Source of the DNA: a virus
Lineage: Duplodnaviria; Caudoviricetes
Strand: one strand, 5' to 3'
Length of the DNA: 64,000 nt
IMG/VR virus record: IMGVR_UViG_3300015214_000001
Coordinates: 64,001 to 128,000 of that record
Each line of letters begins with the position of its first letter. Within the stretch, counting starts at the first letter, position 1. Positions 59,304 to 64,000 of the stretch are shown here, one piece after another. The notes under the pieces were generated by a model. It had not been told where the DNA came from and did no database searches. It saw nothing but the letters and a program-made list of their open reading frames with translations. The translations under genes and the position numbers were made by a program.

Positions 59304-60747
59304 TTGACAAATAACCCTCAATATGAAGATTTTCTGCGTTCTAAGAAACGTTATACAATAGCAAGAGGCTTTGAGGTTGATCCAGCACGACTAAACCCGA
59401 TGTTAAAACCATTCCAGCGAGACATTGTTCAATGGGCTTTATTGTTGGGGAAATCGGCTATTTTTGCTGCGGTTGGTCTTGGTAAAACATTTATGCAACT
59501 TGATTGGTCACACCGCGTAGCAAGTCAATTCGGGGGGGGGTGTTTTAATACTAGCACCTCTAGGTGTAGCGCATCAGACGACAGAAGAAGGTAAGAAGTT
59601 TGGGTATCATATACCTTATGTCCAAGATCAAGATGAGTATGATAGGTGTGGTAGCTTAGTTGCTATTACGAATTATGATCGAGTTGATAACTTTTTGCCT
59701 CATAAGTTTATCGGTGTTGTGCTAGACGAATCCTCAATTCTTAAGAATTACTCAGGATCAACCAAGAACAAAATCATTGATATGTTTAAAGACTTACCTT
59801 ACAAGTTATGTTGCTCTGCCACCCCTGCACCAAATGACCACGTAGAATTAGGAAACCACGCTGAATTTTTAGATATTATGAGTAGTCAGAGCATGTTGGC
59901 TACATATTTCATCAATGACCGCAGTAAAACAGGTGTGTATCGGCTCAAAAACCACGCTAGAGATGCCTTTTGGGAATGGTTGACATCGTGGGCTGTTTGT
60001 ATTCGCAAGCCATCTGACTTAGGAGAAGGTTATAGCGATGAAGGTTACATATTGCCTGAATTGCGTTATGTAGATCACCATATCGGCTTTAATGATATGA
60101 CCATTCAGGAAGCATGGGCAGAAGGAAAATTACTTCCTGATACAGCTCCTAGTAGCTCAGAACTGGGACGAGTTAAGCGAAAAACAATTCAAGAGCGCGT
60201 GGATGTAACAAAGAGCATTGTTGAATCTTATGGCAATAAGCAGTCGATTATCATTTGGTGCTTATTGAATGACGAACAGGACGCACTAGAAAAAGCCCTA
60301 CCCCACGCCATATCGGTTCGTGGCAGTGATAAGCCACAAGAGAAGATTAGGAAGTTGCGCGAATTTAAGGATGGCAACTGTCCAATCATATCTAAGACAT
60401 CTATTGTTGGCGCAGGCATGAATTGGCAACACGCACCAATAACAATTTTTGTGAGTAGCAATTATAGTTTTGAAAGCCAACATCAGGCTATTGGTAGAAA
60501 TTACCGATATGGGCAAACCGAGAATGTAGATGTTCATATCATTTATTCAGAAGCAGAAGGTAATGTATTCACTGCATTAGCTCAAAAGCAAGAGCAATTT
60601 AATGCAATGCAAGAAGAAATGACAACAGCAATGCGTCGATATGGTTTGTTTAGAAGTTCTAAGACAGCACCTATTTATAATCCGCTTGGCGATCAAGAAA
60701 TGATAATTCCCTCTTGGTTGACATCACATATTGAATTTGCAGAATAA
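59304..60747 (+). CDS. SNF2-family helicase, frameshifted at G9 (59532-59540)
   Basis: LKPFQ and GLGKT upstream; removing one G gives VLILAPL..TNYD..LDESS..SATPAPND..QAIGRNYRYGQ. Confidence 0.88.
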
Positions 60748-60756
60748 GGAGATTGC

Positions 60757-61692
60757 ATGATGCCGTACACAGTTCTCAATCAAAAGCAAGGTAAAAACTG
60801 GACATTATTTTTAGGTGATAGTTGCGTTGTCACAAAGGGGATACCTGACAATTCGGTAGACATGAGCATATTTTCACCACCATTTGATAGCCTATTTGTA
60901 TTTTCCGATCTTATTGCTGATATGAGTAATTCATCGGGGGATGAATTTACTAAGCATTTTAGATTTTTGGTTAAAGAACTACTCAGGGTCACTGCGCCAG
61001 GTCGCTTATGTGTCGTTCACTGCATGGATTTGCCTATTTTTAAACATGCTTCGGGAAAGTCGGGATTACGTGATTTTCCAGGTGAAATTATTAGGGCATT
61101 TGTAGAAGAAGGATGGGCATATCATAGCAAGGTTACTATTTGGAAAAACCCAAAGACTGAAATGCACAGAACAAAATCACATGGCCTTCTGCACAAAACA
61201 TTTGAGGGCGATTCCGCGTCATGTCGTCAAGGCGTGCCTGATTACCTAGTTGTTTTCAAAAAACACCCCACAGAGGGACAAACCCGAGTTATTAAGGATT
61301 TAAAGGTTGGAGAATACATCGGCACAGATGCACCGCCAACCACCCTATCAAAGAGAGAACACTCTATTGCTGTGTGGGAGCGATACGCATCACCTGTTTG
61401 GTTTGACATAGACCAAGGCAGGGTATTAAATGTACTACAATCAAAAAGTAACCATGATGAAAAACACATTTCACCCTTACAGTTAGATGTTATTGGCAGA
61501 TGTATTCATTTGTGGTCTAATGAGGGTGATGTTATCTTTAGTCCATTTGCTGGAATTGGTAGCGAAGGCTATGAGGCTATCCGATTGGATAGGAAGTTTG
61601 TCGGCATTGAATTAAAAGAAGAATACTATAATGTCGCATGTCAATATTTAGAAAAGGCTGAATTGGAACGCAACACCCCTATGTTGCTGTAG
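60757..61692 (+). CDS. beta-class DNA methyltransferase (N4C/N6A)
   Basis: GDS, FSPPF, HISPLQLDVI, SPFAGIGSEG and GIELKEEY; typical partner of phage SNF2 helicases. Confidence 0.9.
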   Translation: MMPYTVLNQKQGKNWTLFLGDSCVVTKGIPDNSVDMSIFSPPFDSLFVFSDLIADMSNSSGDEFTKHFRFLVKELLRVTAPGRLCVVHCMDLPIFKHASGKSGLRDFPGEIIRAFVEEGWAYHSKVTIWKNPKTEMHRTKSHGLLHKTFEGDSASCRQGVPDYLVVFKKHPTEGQTRVIKDLKVGEYIGTDAPPTTLSKREHSIAVWERYASPVWFDIDQGRVLNVLQSKSNHDEKHISPLQLDVIGRCIHLWSNEGDVIFSPFAGIGSEGYEAIRLDRKFVGIELKEEYYNVACQYLEKAELERNTPMLL

Positions 61693-61716
61693 GGGTGTTA
61701 TATTGGAGGCAAGAAT

Positions 61717-62016
61717 GTGAAAAACTGGATGAAAGAAGCGTTCATAGAAGGAATTTATAGATTGGTTAATCCGTTTCGCCAATCGAGTTTTGATCTCTAT
61801 GATATAGAAGAATTTGATATAATGACCGAAGAAGAAATAGAGAGACTAGTCTGGTCTGATACCATAGATAACTTATATGGGACAATTTCAGAATATGAAC
61901 GAGGAAGAAAAGACAACACATCCCAATGTGTATATTGCGGGAAAACAATATATATTGGCGAGGAAACTTGCAGTTGTTGTGAAGAAGAACTTTCATTAGG
62001 AGAAAGAGATGAGTAA
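61717..62016 (+). CDS. hypothetical protein with zinc ribbon
   Basis: CVYC..CSCC; GGAGG RBS. Confidence 0.6.
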   Translation: MKNWMKEAFIEGIYRLVNPFRQSSFDLYDIEEFDIMTEEEIERLVWSDTIDNLYGTISEYERGRKDNTSQCVYCGKTIYIGEETCSCCEEELSLGERDE

Positions 62017-62396
62017 TGGTTGACATAAAAACGCTATTGCAAGACTTATCACCTGATGAGCGACAAATTGTGACAGATTATAGCAATCACAAGAACTTTG
62101 AACTCCTTCTTGATGTCCTAGATATATATCCGCTAATTGATGTCAACAAAATGATAGATACTGCGCGTGCTTTCCGTTGGAAGCAACGTCATGATAATGT
62201 AGAGCTTGAGTTTTCCATCAACCATGATGGGTGCTATATTCATATCGGCGTTAGTGGTCTTGATGGCAATCATGAAACTTTTCTATTTGATGGGAAAATG
62301 TGGATGTGGAGGCACGCCCCGTTATCTTCGTTTAATCCAATTGCACAAGGTCAAATGCTAGTGAAAATGATTTTAGCAATTCGAGACGCAAGCTAA
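62016..62396 (+). CDS. hypothetical protein
   Basis: Coupled by a TAATG overlap. Confidence 0.65.
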   Translation: MVDIKTLLQDLSPDERQIVTDYSNHKNFELLLDVLDIYPLIDVNKMIDTARAFRWKQRHDNVELEFSINHDGCYIHIGVSGLDGNHETFLFDGKMWMWRHAPLSSFNPIAQGQMLVKMILAIRDAS

Positions 62397-62501
62397 TTTG
62401 AAAAACGTAGAGTTACATGCTTGAGTAATGCCAGCTATTGTCTATATCTCATAAATTGATACAATGGCTGGTATTACTGGATTTATATAAGGAGAAAGCA
62501 A

Positions 62502-62870
62502 TTGTATCAATTTGAATGGGGAGAAGTTGTAAATAAATGGAGTGATAGTCATGTTATAGGATTGGTTGAATTACGCAATACTATAGCAAAAACGCCATAT
62601 AAGAGGTTAGCTCGTTTTGAAGCGACAAGAATAGGTAAGCGCAAGACAATTGATTTAGCAATAGAAATTCACGAAAAACATTTTGCAATAGGTGACGTGG
62701 AGATTCGCTATTGCTTTAAACCTAACCCCATTTATGTTGAAAAGTTGAGGATTGACATCAATGATAAGAAATCAATCGAAGCAGTTGTTATAAAAGAACT
62801 TGATCGCATCTATGCAGCTTTAAGGGAAGCAAGTTTAATCCTTATCAAAGATGTAGATCAAGAGAAATAA
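62502..62870 (+). CDS. hypothetical protein (paralog A)
   Basis: Shares RKTIDL and YVEKLRIDINDKKSIE with the next gene. Confidence 0.7.
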   Translation: MYQFEWGEVVNKWSDSHVIGLVELRNTIAKTPYKRLARFEATRIGKRKTIDLAIEIHEKHFAIGDVEIRYCFKPNPIYVEKLRIDINDKKSIEAVVIKELDRIYAALREASLILIKDVDQEK

Positions 62871-62985
62871 CTATATTGCATCTAAAAAACGTGGAACTCC
62901 ACGTTTTTAGTAATATTGACTATTGTCTATATCTCAGGAGTTGATACAATAGTCAATATTGTTGAATTTATAGAAAGAAAAGCTA

Positions 62986-63360
62986 ATGTATAAAATTGAA
63001 TGGAAATATGAAACACCTTTAAAGCGAGATTTTGGCGAGCAATTGAACGCGGGTTACGTGTCATTTAGTAACCCACATGCGAAGATTACTGGACACCTTG
63101 CGTATTTTCGCGTGGATAAATTTAGTAATCGAAAGACGATTGATCTGTTTATTAACTATTACCCAATACGCTTTCAGAACGATGGCATAAAGGGAGAAGT
63201 TCGTTGTGATCCTTTAGCCTTCTATGTTGAAAAGTTGAGGATTGACATCAATGACAAGAAGTCAATCGAAACAGCAATCGCTAAAGAAATGAAACGCATC
63301 CAAGCGTTTTTAATAAAAATGAGTTCATTTGTCATCGAAGCATTAGACGAAAAGGAGTAA
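62986..63360 (+). CDS. hypothetical protein (paralog B)
   Basis: Paralog of 62502-62870. Confidence 0.7.
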   Translation: MYKIEWKYETPLKRDFGEQLNAGYVSFSNPHAKITGHLAYFRVDKFSNRKTIDLFINYYPIRFQNDGIKGEVRCDPLAFYVEKLRIDINDKKSIETAIAKEMKRIQAFLIKMSSFVIEALDEKE

Positions 63361-63366
63361 AACATC

Positions 63367-63744
63367 ATGCCAAAAACACAAAGTACAACCCGAGAAGGGT
63401 TCATCGTCACCGTTTCGCATTTTGGCGACGAACTGCGATCTGTTGGAATTTCACACCCTAACAGACCAGCATTATTATTGGCGAATGCGGTTATCACAGA
63501 AATTAGGGCAACTGAGCTTGAAGCATACATCAATTGCGGTATTTGGATTAGTGAAAAGATTGCAAGTGATAAAGCCTTATCTGTCACAGTTGATACTGAA
63601 CATAACTTAGACATTATCCCTTATTCAGCAAGTGAAACAGAATTAATTGCTGAATACCTTGTTCCATTTGCAAAACAAAATTTTGCAGAATTTAAAAGAG
63701 AATGGGATAAAATGGTTGATATTGTTAATTCTCTCAATATTTAA
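63367..63744 (+). CDS. hypothetical protein
   Basis: AAGGAG RBS; 125 aa. Confidence 0.65.
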   Translation: MPKTQSTTREGFIVTVSHFGDELRSVGISHPNRPALLLANAVITEIRATELEAYINCGIWISEKIASDKALSVTVDTEHNLDIIPYSASETELIAEYLVPFAKQNFAEFKREWDKMVDIVNSLNI

Positions 63745-63841
63745 CCCCCCCCACTAATTAGGGGTATCGTTAGTCAAACTCATATTGACGTGCTATCATT
63801 CTATTCATCAATATGAGTTTTTAATTACAGGAGATTAAACT

Positions 63842-64000
63842 ATGATCGCAGGACAACAAGCAACAAAAACATATATCAAAGACGCAGTGGTATATGCGCG
63901 ACCTACAAAAAACTTTCGTTTTTCATATGGGGGGGGTAAACCTTTACATTTGAAGCGTGGGTATGAACTCGCGCACACACCTGATTTTCAAGGCGCATGG
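63842..64000 (+). CDS. hypothetical protein, truncated by window edge
   Basis: AGGAG RBS; MIAGQQATKTYIKDAVVYARP.. open to the end; G8 tract at 63929-63936. Confidence 0.6.
   Translation, partial: MIAGQQATKTYIKDAVVYARPTKNFRFSYGGGKPLHLKRGYELAHTPDFQGAW

Noticed and set aside
1-64000. CRISPR array
   Set aside because: No regularly spaced 25-45 bp direct repeats with unique spacers; the repeats found are dispersed or irregular
1-64000. Genome-wide stop-codon reassignment
   Set aside because: Long conserved genes are intact in the standard code and end in TAA, TAG and TGA; broken genes are frame shifts, not in-frame stops; no suppressor tRNA seen

Overview
AT-rich, gene-dense segment of a large dsDNA bacteriophage or prophage-like element, possibly infecting Chloroflexota (inferred from the DnaE and NrdJ sequences). 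It carries replication and nucleotide-metabolism genes: class II RNR, ThyX, dUTPase, primase-helicase, DnaE, RadA and an iteron-containing initiator. It also has several orphan DNA methyltransferases, an SNF2 helicase, a tyrosine recombinase, four tRNAs with a CCA-adding enzyme, a radical SAM fusion protein and many ORFans. The most interesting signals are: (1) G/C homopolymer tracts that break the reading frame in two methyltransferases, two fibre-like genes and the helicase (phase variation or assembly error); (2) a tandem fibre plus glycosyltransferase cassette array; (3) a textbook -1 ribosomal frameshift signal joining a membrane protein to an HTH-like domain; (4) a D-armless tRNA-like element followed by a ~330 nt structured RNA candidate; (5) a shared N-terminal motif resembling a capsid-targeting signal; (6) recurring palindromic and heptamer DNA motifs. 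No CRISPR array or reverse transcriptase was seen. All protein family calls come from motif recognition by eye, not from database searches.
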